This document shows, in pieces, positions 18,592-28,490 of a DNA stretch of 64,000 nt. This DNA comes from a virus (lineage: Duplodnaviria; Caudoviricetes), in the IMG/VR virus record IMGVR_UViG_3300037467_003067, positions 224,001 to 288,000 of that record. One strand, given 5' to 3'. The notes under the pieces were generated by a model that did no database searches, was not told the DNA's origin, and saw only the letters and a list, made by a program, of their open reading frames with translations. Position numbers and translations under genes: made by a program. Numbering within the stretch: the stretch's first letter is position 1; each line of letters starts with the position of its first letter.

Positions 18592-19564
18592 AAATTGTCT
18601 CTTGAGAAATACGGGCATTCGCTTCTGTCACGTAGTTCTGGCAGAGTTCGAAGCCGATGAACTTTCGGTCGCAGTTCAGGGCAGCCAAGCCTGTGGTTCC
18701 CGATCCCATGAAGGGGTCGAGGACGATCCCGTTCTCCGGGGTCGTGATACGGATGAACCGCTCCACGATCTCCTGGGGATAGATGGCAGGGTGCTTGCCG
18801 CCTGCACACGATCCCACGGCAGTTTCGATGACATCTTTATGCATCTTCCTTCCGTGGATTTTGATAATTGTATAACCTTGATTATTGATCTGATTGAGAC
18901 GCCCTCCCGGTTGCCCGCCGAACGGCAGCGAGTGGATTCCGCGTATCTTCATGCGGAACCCGGCTATGCTCCCGCTGAGGACGTCCTCGATGGTCTGAGA
19001 CAGGGCATTCTTGGCATTTGCCTTCTCTTCATGGGAAAGTCCCGAGGTTTCGATCAGGTCAAAGTATTTCTGCCCTACGTTCTTGCCGACCGGCTTGACT
19101 TCATTCTGATCGTAGTAGGACGGATCGTAGTGATACTTCTTATCCTTGACAAAATGAAAGAACGGTTCGGTTGAGGAGACCATCCGTTTCTGAAATTGCC
19201 GAGGCGTCGGATTAGATTTTACCCAAGTCACGTTATTGATCAAGGTCGATTTCGGCACATTCCGGGCACGGAGGGCGAATTGGAACGGCACGAGTAGCAA
19301 CGAGCCGTCCTGGTATTTATCACCTAAATTGAAGACGACACTCCCGGTGGGCTTGATCACTCGGAGGCATTCCTTGAAGACGGTGATGAGGTTGCCGAGG
19401 TAATCGTCCAGGTTGGTTTCCCTGCCGATCTCGTCGGGATTGTCGTAGAACCGCTGGTTGAAGTAGGGGGGGCTGGTAATGACGAGGTCGATCGAGTCGT
19501 CTTCGAGTTGCGATAAGAGGTCTATGCAATTCCCTTGCGTTACCCTGTTAATCAATGCGTTCAT
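18584..19564 (-). CDS. DNA methyltransferase, beta class (probably N4-cytosine)
   Basis: TSPPY at N-terminus; HPAIYP and DPFMGSGTT at C-terminus. Confidence 0.92.
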   Translation of the reverse strand: MNALINRVTQGNCIDLLSQLEDDSIDLVITSPPYFNQRFYDNPDEIGRETNLDDYLGNLITVFKECLRVIKPTGSVVFNLGDKYQDGSLLLVPFQFALRARNVPKSTLINNVTWVKSNPTPRQFQKRMVSSTEPFFHFVKDKKYHYDPSYYDQNEVKPVGKNVGQKYFDLIETSGLSHEEKANAKNALSQTIEDVLSGSIAGFRMKIRGIHSLPFGGQPGGRLNQINNQGYTIIKIHGRKMHKDVIETAVGSCAGGKHPAIYPQEIVERFIRITTPENGIVLDPFMGSGTTGLAALNCDRKFIGFELCQNYVTEANARISQETIYV

Positions 19565-19566
19565 GC

Positions 19567-19845
19567 TTAATCAAATCCACCCATATTATAGCTTTCGCCG
19601 GTCGCAATGTCGACCAGGTCGCCGACTGTCCCGTTGCCCTGTGCGATCCGGTTCAGGATTTCTTGCTGCTGGGGCGGGCTGAGGTTCTGGAACTCCGAGG
19701 TATGTACCAGGCGGTTGGTGTCGAACCCTTTGAGGTTCTTGCTCAGACCGTCCTGGTTCTTGTCGAGGGACCATATCCCCAAGAAAAACCGTTCCCAATA
19801 GTCATGATTACGTTCGATAGTTTCGAGCCAGAGAGAAAATTTCAT
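19567..19845 (-). CDS. hypothetical protein with MKFSLWLE tag
   Basis: 92-aa ORF; TATATA 6 nt upstream. Confidence 0.65.
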   Translation of the reverse strand: MKFSLWLETIERNHDYWERFFLGIWSLDKNQDGLSKNLKGFDTNRLVHTSEFQNLSPPQQQEILNRIAQGNGTVGDLVDIATGESYNMGGFD

Positions 19846-19857
19846 AATAGGTATATA

Positions 19858-20277
19858 TCAGTCCCATTCGTCGTCTTCGTCGTATTCTTCCTGATCATCG
19901 GTATATGCTAGAAAGATCACGATGCAGATGTAGAACACGAGGCAAGGGATCGCCAGCCAAGAAGGACCGTATCGCAAGATCAGTAATCGCCATAAAGTGA
20001 CCAAGAAGAAGATCCAGTTGAGCGAGTTAAAGACCCATGTTTGGAGGAATGAAACTGCAGGATATTTGTCCTTGATGAAGATCACGAAGGGGTCTTCGGC
20101 GTAATTTTCATCATCGATCTTCTTGAATTCGAGATGATCGGCGATTGTGATAACCAAGGAGAAAATGACCAGTAGATAGAAGAAAACATCTCTGAATTTG
20201 TCTGTGTTGCCGAAGACGACTGCCATATTGGCAAATATCAATGCGCAACGAGACAGCAGGGTAAAAGTATTTTCCAT
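19858..20277 (-). CDS. multi-pass membrane protein
   Basis: About four hydrophobic segments; acidic tail; GGAG RBS. Confidence 0.65.
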   Translation of the reverse strand: MENTFTLLSRCALIFANMAVVFGNTDKFRDVFFYLLVIFSLVITIADHLEFKKIDDENYAEDPFVIFIKDKYPAVSFLQTWVFNSLNWIFFLVTLWRLLILRYGPSWLAIPCLVFYICIVIFLAYTDDQEEYDEDDEWD

Positions 20278-20353
20278 GCGAAAAACTCCATCCTTGGATT
20301 TTGAAAAACTCTTTCCTGAGTATAGCACAGTTCCGGCAAAACTAAAAGAGATT

Positions 20354-21364
20354 TTAGGTCGACGCTATACCACTGAGCTTCAATGGTTCGGGCAATATTC
20401 GATTTAGAAAATCGAATAACAAACTAGGTATATTATCAATTTCTGTATATGGTATTTCAAGTAATTGAATATCATTGAATTGGCAATATTCTCTTTTTAT
20501 TTGATCTTTTATTTGTCTGCTGCGGAACGATTTATAACCTCCGAAAAATTTAATTGATTCAAAGTGTTGCGCCCCATGATATTCAATGGTCGCCATTGGC
20601 GTATTTTCAGCAGATAAAATCATGAAATCAAATGGCAAGGGTCGGCGATAGCGACAATCGCTGATTCGGAATTCCCTTTGGAAGCTTATGTCCCAATCTT
20701 CTAGCAATTTCGTTATAGTGATTTCGCCTTTAGATTTACGGCAAATGGGACACCCATGTAATTTGGAACGAGTGTATAAAACAGATTCCCATTCATGATT
20801 TCGCTCACATATCCACCAAATTTTTTTGGATGACGAGTGAGTAACTTGGTCCGCTGTAAGATTTCCATTTTTGGTAGGGTGCCATGTAGCAGCAATATGA
20901 GGATGGGTGCTTGACAAAGATGTAGATTTTACAACAGTTTTGCTTCTGCATATGCTACAGCCACGTCCGTTAGAACGATTATTCACAGTGGAAAGCCATT
21001 CGTGGTCTGGACCTTTATCGCACTTCCACCAAAATTTCTTGCCAGAGTGCGGAGTGATGTCGTTGGGAGTAATAGGATGGTTCTTGATAGGATGCCAGGT
21101 AGTAGCTATATCAGGTCTTAAAGTAGCTAGAGAAGTAGAAGGAACGACGGTAAAACCCCTACATACGCTACATCCTCCGCCTCTTAACGCAGTTCTTTTT
21201 TCTACTGCGGCGAGCCATTCGTGGTCTGGACCTTTATCACACTTCCACCAAAGTTTTTTGGCACTTTTGTGCGATATTTTTGATGGGTCTATGATGCCAT
21301 TTTTTATTGGATGTAATTGGGATACAAGAGAGGGATAATCAGATAATTTACTTTTTATAATCAT
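20354..21364 (-). mobile_element. second zinc-ribbon-repeat putative homing endonuclease
   Basis: Three repeats of HP.KN....KK.WW.C....HEW..C..C; PLPFDF..IEYHGAQHF; AT-rich; same architecture as 14529-15929. Confidence 0.8.
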
Positions 21365-21382
21365 AGTGTATATAATTTTACC

Positions 21383-22168
21383 ATGAAATATCTAGGATTC
21401 AAGACTTATATGGAAACATTGGCAAATTATGGTGTTGATCGCAGGATCAAAGACCGTAATGAAGAGCAAAGACCAGAAAAAGAGAATCCTATTAATTTTT
21501 TTGACCTCGAATACATGCGAGATATGCTCTGCGAGCGGATGCTTGGCGAGATGCATCCATTCAGCCGGTTCGTCAATGAGGTCCAGTGGGGCGATGGTCC
21601 TGGTGCGTTAAGATTCAACATCGATCCCAAGACCGGAGTGTACATCGAACGGTTGGGCGTGGACCTAAGCGGCGAGAAGCGATGGTGTACGAAGAAGTAT
21701 TTCCAGATCAATCGGCACGGTTATGGCGGTTTCGAGGAAGTGGTAACTCAAGAGTTGTTCGACCACCTCCAGGAGATATACAAGGACCCTATGGATTCGC
21801 CATCGGCAGATTATCGCGACTTGAAGATGTTGGTGATCAACATGGCGGAACGGCTCCGCAAGGAGGCGAGACCGCTGTTCCTGTTCGATCGGATTGCCAA
21901 GATGGACGAGAACCGCTACTTGATCTGTTTCAATGTGCGCGGGCAGGGAGTCCAGGCACCGGGGCAGACACGGATCGAAAAGAACGTCACGGACGTGAAC
22001 TACTATCCGAACGAGGGTTATATTCGGGTGATCAATTACAACTACGAATCGCCCTTGGGAGAACACAAGTGGGAGGTCTCGGGACCGGACATGAACCTGT
22101 TCTACTTCCCCACCCAATCGCGGGACGAGATCATCGACCCGGTTGCGACCAATCTAAGGTTCTATTGA
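21383..22168 (+). CDS. hypothetical phage protein
   Basis: 261-aa ORF; N-terminal FKTYME tag. Confidence 0.8.
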   Translation: MKYLGFKTYMETLANYGVDRRIKDRNEEQRPEKENPINFFDLEYMRDMLCERMLGEMHPFSRFVNEVQWGDGPGALRFNIDPKTGVYIERLGVDLSGEKRWCTKKYFQINRHGYGGFEEVVTQELFDHLQEIYKDPMDSPSADYRDLKMLVINMAERLRKEARPLFLFDRIAKMDENRYLICFNVRGQGVQAPGQTRIEKNVTDVNYYPNEGYIRVINYNYESPLGEHKWEVSGPDMNLFYFPTQSRDEIIDPVATNLRFY

Positions 22169-22177
22169 GAAAGTTGG

Positions 22178-24205
22178 ATGAATATGAATTTCCGAAAATG
22201 GCTTGCTGAAGTTTCTCATGAAGACCTCGCGAAGATCGGGTCTGCCGTCAATATGTCGCTGAAGCAGGCTCGTCGCGAGAACGGCGACAAGGATTCTGCC
22301 GGTCTCCTCTTCGACAACATCTTCGGCAACAAGCTTCGAATCGTAATCCCTTTGGGGGAAGACGAAATCCAGCAGAATCTAAAATATGACCTGGAATCTT
22401 TGGGATACCGGGTCGACTTCAAAACTGGCAATGCCATCTCGACGATCCAGACACAACATGGGACCAAGGAACGGTCGGAGCGATTAGGGTCTCTGATCGG
22501 AAAGTTGGCGAAGAAGAGTCCCGAGGAAGCGGAGAAGTGGAAGAAATACCTCAGTTGGTGGGAGAAGAACAAGGTTGGTCTTTCAAAGCCCCAATCTGGC
22601 GGTGTGTCGATCATCATCTCGCGAAGTCCGATCGACATCGTCCGCATGAGCGACCACTCGGAATGGTCTTCTTGTCACAGTCCAGGGAACTCTTACTACA
22701 AGTGCGCCATTCAGGAAGCCAAGACCGGTGGGGCGATAGCCTATGTAGTAAGGAACTCCGACCTTGCCACGGTCAAGGACCTTCAAGCCAAGGACATCTT
22801 CAAGGACCGTGATCGATACATCAAAGGCATCGAGCCGCTGGAGAGGTTGAGGCTGCGGTATTTCAGTGATGATGATAAAAACATAGATCTATTGATACCG
22901 GATAAGAGGGTTTACGGGACGCAACACGTCGGGTTCGTCGATGCGGTCCTGAAGTGGTCGCGTCATGCCCAGAGGAACTTGGTCGACTTCAAGAACCCCC
23001 CCGATTTCAGTGACTTTGACCTCCATGGCGGCAGCTATCAGGACACGTCGGCATCGACGCTCTGGAACGCTTTCTTCGGCACCGACAAGGCAGTCGGCAA
23101 CAAGAGGTCGGTAGACCAAGACGAAGAATCCGAGAAAGACGAAGACAATGCCGAAGCGATGTACAATCAGGCGCAGCAGCAGCTTGAGGAAAGGCATTTC
23201 AAGCATTGGCATGTTTACATTTACGAACCTGATGGTGAGGAAGGCGAGCAATTAAGCTACTCGGCAGGGGTCCACTTCTCATTTTCCAAGCACGAGTTCC
23301 TCAAACCCCCCGATGAAAAATTGGCGAGTCAGATCGGGAGGGAATACTATCGAATCATCGACGCCCCCGGCAATTTGGAGAATCAAGAATTAGATTACCG
23401 CAATGGAAGTTATAATTTCGTGTTCGATTTCAGTGGGCATGGAGATTTGGAAGATTTCGAACACTTCTTGGACGCGGTTGCAACCCTCGACGACAAGTAC
23501 GATAACGACAGGGGATTGGTCCGCGAATTCTTGATCCAGGCTGAATACCTCCCCGACTGGCGTGACCACTTCGCCGACCAACAATTCGACCACTTCTCGT
23601 TCGAGTGGGAAGACAACGCAGGTGGAGCGGACGTGACCGAAGTCAAGAGCGATCTGATGCTGATAGGTGACCTCCAAGGTCTGGAAAAGGAGCGTGTCAT
23701 ACTCGACAGGAAAATATCAGTCAGCGGATACATGAGTGGAATAAGTTTCTATGATAGAAAACTAGGTCTTATGGATGGTTACTTAAAAAATTCAATGCGT
23801 ATGATATTGCCACCATTTATAAAAGACGAAAATATTCTTATAGTTTCAAATAGAATAGAAATAATGAAGAACATGGAACAAGGCGAGATGTATACGACGC
23901 CGGTCCAAGTTTATTTACAGATAAATATTCCAATTGAGAATGCGGACAACTATCGCAAATTGATAGCTGGTGTCAAGTATCTCGACAAGAATTGGGTGTT
24001 CTTCTACCAGAAACTATATGCCTGGTTCGAAAAATTCAAGGCGAGTATCATGTCCCATCCGGAACCTAGACAACAGGGCTTGGCACTTCCGTCAGTGTTG
24101 CGGCGGGAGTTGCCGCCGAGGCGACCGAAGTCGACCCACACCCAGATGCAACTCCCGTTCCCTCAGGAGGAACACACCCTAGCATTCTCCAAGTGGTTCT
24201 TCTGA
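22178..24205 (+). CDS. large hypothetical phage protein (possible internal virion protein)
   Basis: 675 aa; FRKWLAE tag; SRSPIDIVRMSD..WSSCHS conserved-looking block. Confidence 0.8.
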   Translation: MNMNFRKWLAEVSHEDLAKIGSAVNMSLKQARRENGDKDSAGLLFDNIFGNKLRIVIPLGEDEIQQNLKYDLESLGYRVDFKTGNAISTIQTQHGTKERSERLGSLIGKLAKKSPEEAEKWKKYLSWWEKNKVGLSKPQSGGVSIIISRSPIDIVRMSDHSEWSSCHSPGNSYYKCAIQEAKTGGAIAYVVRNSDLATVKDLQAKDIFKDRDRYIKGIEPLERLRLRYFSDDDKNIDLLIPDKRVYGTQHVGFVDAVLKWSRHAQRNLVDFKNPPDFSDFDLHGGSYQDTSASTLWNAFFGTDKAVGNKRSVDQDEESEKDEDNAEAMYNQAQQQLEERHFKHWHVYIYEPDGEEGEQLSYSAGVHFSFSKHEFLKPPDEKLASQIGREYYRIIDAPGNLENQELDYRNGSYNFVFDFSGHGDLEDFEHFLDAVATLDDKYDNDRGLVREFLIQAEYLPDWRDHFADQQFDHFSFEWEDNAGGADVTEVKSDLMLIGDLQGLEKERVILDRKISVSGYMSGISFYDRKLGLMDGYLKNSMRMILPPFIKDENILIVSNRIEIMKNMEQGEMYTTPVQVYLQINIPIENADNYRKLIAGVKYLDKNWVFFYQKLYAWFEKFKASIMSHPEPRQQGLALPSVLRRELPPRRPKSTHTQMQLPFPQEEHTLAFSKWFF

Positions 24206-24206
24206 A

Positions 24207-24941
24207 CTAAACGAATTCCTGAGGGAACTTGGTGCGGAATTCGGCTTGGGTCTCGGGGGTGATGTCCTTCACGTAGATCGCGAGGTCGATAGCCGAGAAG
24301 TATTCGGCTATTTTTAGGTCCTGAAAGGCGGCACGGCAGAACGGCGACATCAGAACGTAATAGGGGCTGACCTTACCCAAGACCACCCATCGCCTGAGGT
24401 TGTTCGTCTTGACCATATCGACGACATCGGACTTCGACGGCGACGGGTTGTAGAACCGGGAGAGGAACGTCTTGGTCCGATCGAGGTCTTGCGCGATCTT
24501 GAACAGGGGAGTTCGTTCCTCTACCTCCCGCTGCTGGTTCTGTTCGCGTTTTGCGACCTCGTATTTCCGACGCCAGATCTTCCACCTGACCCACGCCTTC
24601 TCACCGCACAGGCACACGGGATCGATCAGGACATGCGAACCATTGGGTCGCTTGATCCCTTTGAGTATCTCAAGCTGCGCACGGATATAGTGAACGAGGT
24701 CGGCTTCTTCGAGGACGCCTTTGGTTTCCCTGAGGAGTTTCCAAGCGATCTTGAAGAGGTGGCACTTGCGAGGGTCGCCGTCTTTTGGTAATCTTGAATA
24801 CTTGTAATCAGGCAATATCTTCTGGCACATCTTCATCCAGATCAGGCATACCTTGAACGCCTTTGCCTCTTGCTCAGTCATCTTGTAATCGAAAATCGGC
24901 TCAAGAGAGAACATGTTTTCTTCTGGTTCCTTAGATGCCAT
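24207..24941 (-). CDS. hypothetical phage protein
   Basis: 244-aa ORF; ATAAATA 8 nt upstream. Confidence 0.8.
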   Translation of the reverse strand: MASKEPEENMFSLEPIFDYKMTEQEAKAFKVCLIWMKMCQKILPDYKYSRLPKDGDPRKCHLFKIAWKLLRETKGVLEEADLVHYIRAQLEILKGIKRPNGSHVLIDPVCLCGEKAWVRWKIWRRKYEVAKREQNQQREVEERTPLFKIAQDLDRTKTFLSRFYNPSPSKSDVVDMVKTNNLRRWVVLGKVSPYYVLMSPFCRAAFQDLKIAEYFSAIDLAIYVKDITPETQAEFRTKFPQEFV

Positions 24942-25005
24942 AATGCTTGTATTTATCTGTCTCAGTATAGCAAAATCATTTAGAAATAAAAGGTCAAAAA
25001 ATGCC

Positions 25006-25034
25006 TTGACATTAGTTACTTAATATGGTAAATT
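25006..25034 (+). promoter_or_regulatory. sigma70-type promoter TTGACA-17-TAAATT with extended TG
   Basis: Perfect -35, 17-bp spacer, TGg before -10. Confidence 0.75.
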
Positions 25035-25040
25035 CCTCCT

Positions 25041-25420
25041 CAGACTTCTTTATGGAGTTTGTAGGTCTAACTCAGTAAGCGAAAAACGACCACCATAAAA
25101 ATTCTCGTAATAAGCAATTAAATAAATTATTGCTGACGCTTTGTCGATGTGGTCTTTAAGCGTGCTTCTGAATAATGCAAGCATATTCTTGCAGATAGCT
25201 GTGCCCACTGGTTTACGTCGGACCAGCATTCTAGATGTGTGATAATTTAAATCCAGGCAACGTGTAACCTCACGACCTGGTGGGTAATACGAAACACACT
25301 GCTAGGACAGCTTAAGATTCTACCTGGACTTGGGACCTAGAACTTTACTAGGAATTACCCATAAAGGCGACGGTCTATATAGAGACCAGAATTTACTAAG
25401 TATCAAATGGATTTGAGTAG
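25041..25420 (+). ncRNA. candidate large structured non-coding RNA (unknown family)
   Basis: ORF-free 485-bp gap; more than 10 nested complementary segments and an 8-bp pseudoknot (tgggtaat 25281/attaccca 25354); promoter directly upstream. Confidence 0.6.
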
Positions 25421-25426
25421 TTAATC

Positions 25427-26293
25427 ATGGCATTATTTCGCTATCCAGGTTGTAAGGGCAAGGTCTCCAAAGTCATCTCAACTTCTCTGGCAAAATACGC
25501 TGAAGATCATCCTGAGGCTGAATACCGTGAGCCGTTCTTCGGAGCCGGTGGCATCGGATTTGAGTTGCTAAAAAATGAATACCCCGAAAAGGTCTGGTTC
25601 AATGATCGTGACCTCACGATCTGTGCCGTATGGAATTCGATCTATCAGAACCCCGAGGAATTGAAGGAACGACTTGAGGCATTCACCCCTTCGGTCGATG
25701 CCTATTTTGAATTCAAGGAATTTTTGCTGAAGATTTCGGAACCTGGTGATCTAGATAACTACCCACTCACAGAAATCGCCTTCAAGAAAATCGCCTGCCA
25801 TCAGATGTCTTATTCGGGTCTTGGAACCAAGGCGGGCGGTCCCATCGGGGGCGTCGGACAAAAAAGTAACTATGGCGTCGGTTGCCGCTATAGCGTCAAA
25901 ACCCTTTTCAAGAACATCGCCAAGATTCGGGAATTAATTCAGCATCGCTTCACACATCAGACTGATTTCTGTACAGCATTGGATTTTGAAGAAGTTATCC
26001 ATGACCAGTCGTGTCCTGCGTTCCTTTACCTCGACCCTCCCTACTACGAGAAAGGTCCGGACCTCTACCAGTTCAGCTTTGACCAAAGCGACCATGAGCG
26101 CCTGGCTGTCGCCCTCAAAGGTTGCCAGCATCCCTGGCTGCTGTCCTACGATGATCATCCCGAGGTGGTCCGGCTCTACGAGGGATGGGCTGTCATAAGT
26201 ACCTTAAATTTCACTTACACTATCAATGCTAAGAATGGCGGAGTTAAGAAGCGTGAGTTACTGATCGGCAGTCCCGGATGGGAAGGAATCTGA
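25427..26293 (+). CDS. Dam-like (D12 class) N6-adenine DNA methyltransferase
   Basis: FRYPGCK, EPFFGAGG, ND, YLDPPYY, WLLSYDD. Confidence 0.92.
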   Translation: MALFRYPGCKGKVSKVISTSLAKYAEDHPEAEYREPFFGAGGIGFELLKNEYPEKVWFNDRDLTICAVWNSIYQNPEELKERLEAFTPSVDAYFEFKEFLLKISEPGDLDNYPLTEIAFKKIACHQMSYSGLGTKAGGPIGGVGQKSNYGVGCRYSVKTLFKNIAKIRELIQHRFTHQTDFCTALDFEEVIHDQSCPAFLYLDPPYYEKGPDLYQFSFDQSDHERLAVALKGCQHPWLLSYDDHPEVVRLYEGWAVISTLNFTYTINAKNGGVKKRELLIGSPGWEGI

Positions 26294-26295
26294 CA

Positions 26296-26415
26296 ATGTT
26301 CTTGATCAATGTTTCGATAGGCGTCGGAGCATTCCTCGGTTTCATATTCGCGATCTATCTGGTCGCATGGGTCGTAGAGAAGATTGGGCATCACACATGG
26401 AAAACCAGGCAGTAA
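26296..26415 (+). CDS. 39-aa single-TM protein (below ORF-track cutoff)
   Basis: MFLINVSIGVGAFLGFIFAIYLVAWVVEKIGHHTWKTRQ; AAGGA RBS. Confidence 0.5.
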   Translation: MFLINVSIGVGAFLGFIFAIYLVAWVVEKIGHHTWKTRQ

Positions 26416-27704
26416 CGCAGGATCGAGTGGTCATAGCACAGAACTTGCACAAGACCGTCAATGGTGTGCCTGTCGTCTACCTGAAGCTCAACCCGGAATA
26501 TCCCGACTTCACTGCACATGCCCCCGGAACGATCGAGGTCATGTCGCCCCATGGAAAGACCTCGATTCCATTTGACCGGCACACGATCTGGGACGCGATG
26601 AGCCTGCTCGAAGTCGCCGTGTTTGACGAGATCGTGATCGCCTGGAACTTCAAGAACTTGGCGACTTATGCCCGACACCATATGAAGCGGATTGGCAAGT
26701 TCGATTTCAAATTGCTCGACCTGAAGCTGATCGAGGCATTCTGCGGCAAGAGGGGCGAGAAGTCCCCTGAGAGCTTCCAGGACGCCCAGAGGCGGATGGT
26801 CGAGGCGGCAACCAATACAAGCTGGAAGCGCGTCCACGAGGGCATTCACTTGCCCCTGGCGAAGCGCGTGGTTCCAGCCTTGGAATGCGAGGGCATCATC
26901 GACACGATCGGTCGTCGGACGGTCTATGCGAGCTACGAGATCGACTGGACGGTGACCGGGAGGATGGCGTGTCGGCTCATGACCAGGGGGTACAGCCCGC
27001 ACGCCGACTGCAATTCGGCACGTTACAAGCCTCGCGGCGAGGAGGAAGTCGTGGTCTACTTCGATTACCGCGCCATGGAAGTCGGGATGATCCAGTGGCT
27101 TTCCGGCGACGAGGAACTGAAATCTCTGTTGAATTCAGGTCAAGATGTCTACGAGGGGTCCTGGTACAAGTTGACGAACCTGACCAACATGCCCAAGGAC
27201 TGGAAGCTGAGTTTCCTCGCCTACTTCTTCGGCATGGGGGCTGAGGCGATGTCGGCACGGCATGGCTGGTCGCTTGAGGTCAGCAAGGAGATGATGTCGA
27301 GGATGAGCAAGGTGTTCTCATCGGCATCTAGCTACCTCAGGGAGGTCAGGAAGCAGGCTGGCAACGAGGTGGTTAAGGATTTCTTCGGGCGACCACGGGA
27401 CTGTCGCAACGAGCCGCACAAAGCGCAGAATTTCGTGATCCAGTCCCCGGCGAGCATCGTCTGCCTGGAGAAGATGATCCAGCTTCACGACAACTGCCCG
27501 GCGTTCTCCCGCCCGGCATTCCATGTTCACGACGGATGCGCCTTGATCTGCGATGTCAAGGTGGTCCGAGAGGTCTGTAGGCAAGCGTTGGCGATTCTCG
27601 AATCCGAGAGCGCGTTCTGTCCCGGAATCCGACTCAAGGCGTCAGCCAAGGTCGGCAAGCATTTTGGCAATAAGATCCTGATTCCCGAAGAGTGGAGGGT
27701 GTGA
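26397..27704 (+). CDS. compact, divergent family A DNA polymerase-like protein
   Basis: TVTGRM; motif A FDYRAMEV..LSGD; motif B K.....FFGMG; AQNFVIQS; motif C HVHDG. Confidence 0.8.
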   Translation: MENQAVTQDRVVIAQNLHKTVNGVPVVYLKLNPEYPDFTAHAPGTIEVMSPHGKTSIPFDRHTIWDAMSLLEVAVFDEIVIAWNFKNLATYARHHMKRIGKFDFKLLDLKLIEAFCGKRGEKSPESFQDAQRRMVEAATNTSWKRVHEGIHLPLAKRVVPALECEGIIDTIGRRTVYASYEIDWTVTGRMACRLMTRGYSPHADCNSARYKPRGEEEVVVYFDYRAMEVGMIQWLSGDEELKSLLNSGQDVYEGSWYKLTNLTNMPKDWKLSFLAYFFGMGAEAMSARHGWSLEVSKEMMSRMSKVFSSASSYLREVRKQAGNEVVKDFFGRPRDCRNEPHKAQNFVIQSPASIVCLEKMIQLHDNCPAFSRPAFHVHDGCALICDVKVVREVCRQALAILESESAFCPGIRLKASAKVGKHFGNKILIPEEWRV

Positions 27705-27877
27705 TGGAAGTGCTGATATTGCTTTTCATGTTGATGTGTATGTCGAGCGACAAACCTCCACAGTCCAGCAAGTATGACGGGCTCAAGGCATTGGGCTGCC
27801 TCGGAGTCGTCCTTCTGGTCTTGATCAGTCTTGTCTGTGGTATTTTCTATTTCGGCTATTGGTGGGCTTCTCACTGA
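27704..27877 (+). CDS. small membrane protein
   Basis: TGATG overlap; two hydrophobic segments. Confidence 0.55.
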   Translation: MEVLILLFMLMCMSSDKPPQSSKYDGLKALGCLGVVLLVLISLVCGIFYFGYWWASH

Positions 27878-27932
27878 TACGCCTCTTGCAAATTCTTGCG
27901 TTGTTTTACTATTCGTTTCCCTTAGGAGTATC

Positions 27933-28490
27933 ATGAAATCGATTTGCGAACAATTTCCGTTGACTAATGCGGAATGGATGGAGTTGGAAGATAAGCTCGA
28001 TAATCTTGTGCGATATGCAGCTTGGCAGTTGCTTAAGATGAATGCCAAGAACAGCCACACCGACGAGATCGATGACGTCACGCAGGAATTGCGATGGTCG
28101 ATCTATCTGGCTGGTTGTTATTCCAAGAGGCAGGTTTACATTGAATCATGCTTCAAGGTAGCGAAAAAGTACGTCAAGGATATCGTGGTTTCCGACATCG
28201 TCCAGGAGCTAGAAGATCTGTGGAATAACCGGACTAGACATGGTGCGGGTCGGGTCAAATATGGTGACTTCCAGCAGGAGTTGCTGGAACGGATCATAGA
28301 CCAATATGTACCGGATGAGGAGAAGCCGGACCGCAACAAGGTCCTGAAAGTCGATTCGAAGTTCATGATTTATTGCAAATCGATCCTCTGGAATTCCAAG
28401 AAATCAATGGGTAAGAAGATCAGTCGCGAGAAGTCCTGGCGTACGGGACTCGTGTCATTGTCAGAGTTTGACCACCTCGCGAGTGCTTGA
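27933..28490 (+). CDS. hypothetical protein, N-terminus weakly reminiscent of sigma factor region 2
   Basis: AGGAG RBS; NLVRYAAWQ..DEIDDVTQEL. Confidence 0.55.
   Translation: MKSICEQFPLTNAEWMELEDKLDNLVRYAAWQLLKMNAKNSHTDEIDDVTQELRWSIYLAGCYSKRQVYIESCFKVAKKYVKDIVVSDIVQELEDLWNNRTRHGAGRVKYGDFQQELLERIIDQYVPDEEKPDRNKVLKVDSKFMIYCKSILWNSKKSMGKKISREKSWRTGLVSLSEFDHLASA

Noticed and set aside
25041-25420. tmRNA, RNase P RNA or self-splicing intron identity for the structured region
   Set aside because: I found no tRNA-like GGGG..CCA ends or T-loop, no GAGGAAAGUCC, no group I P7 or group II domain V signature, and no interrupted gene.
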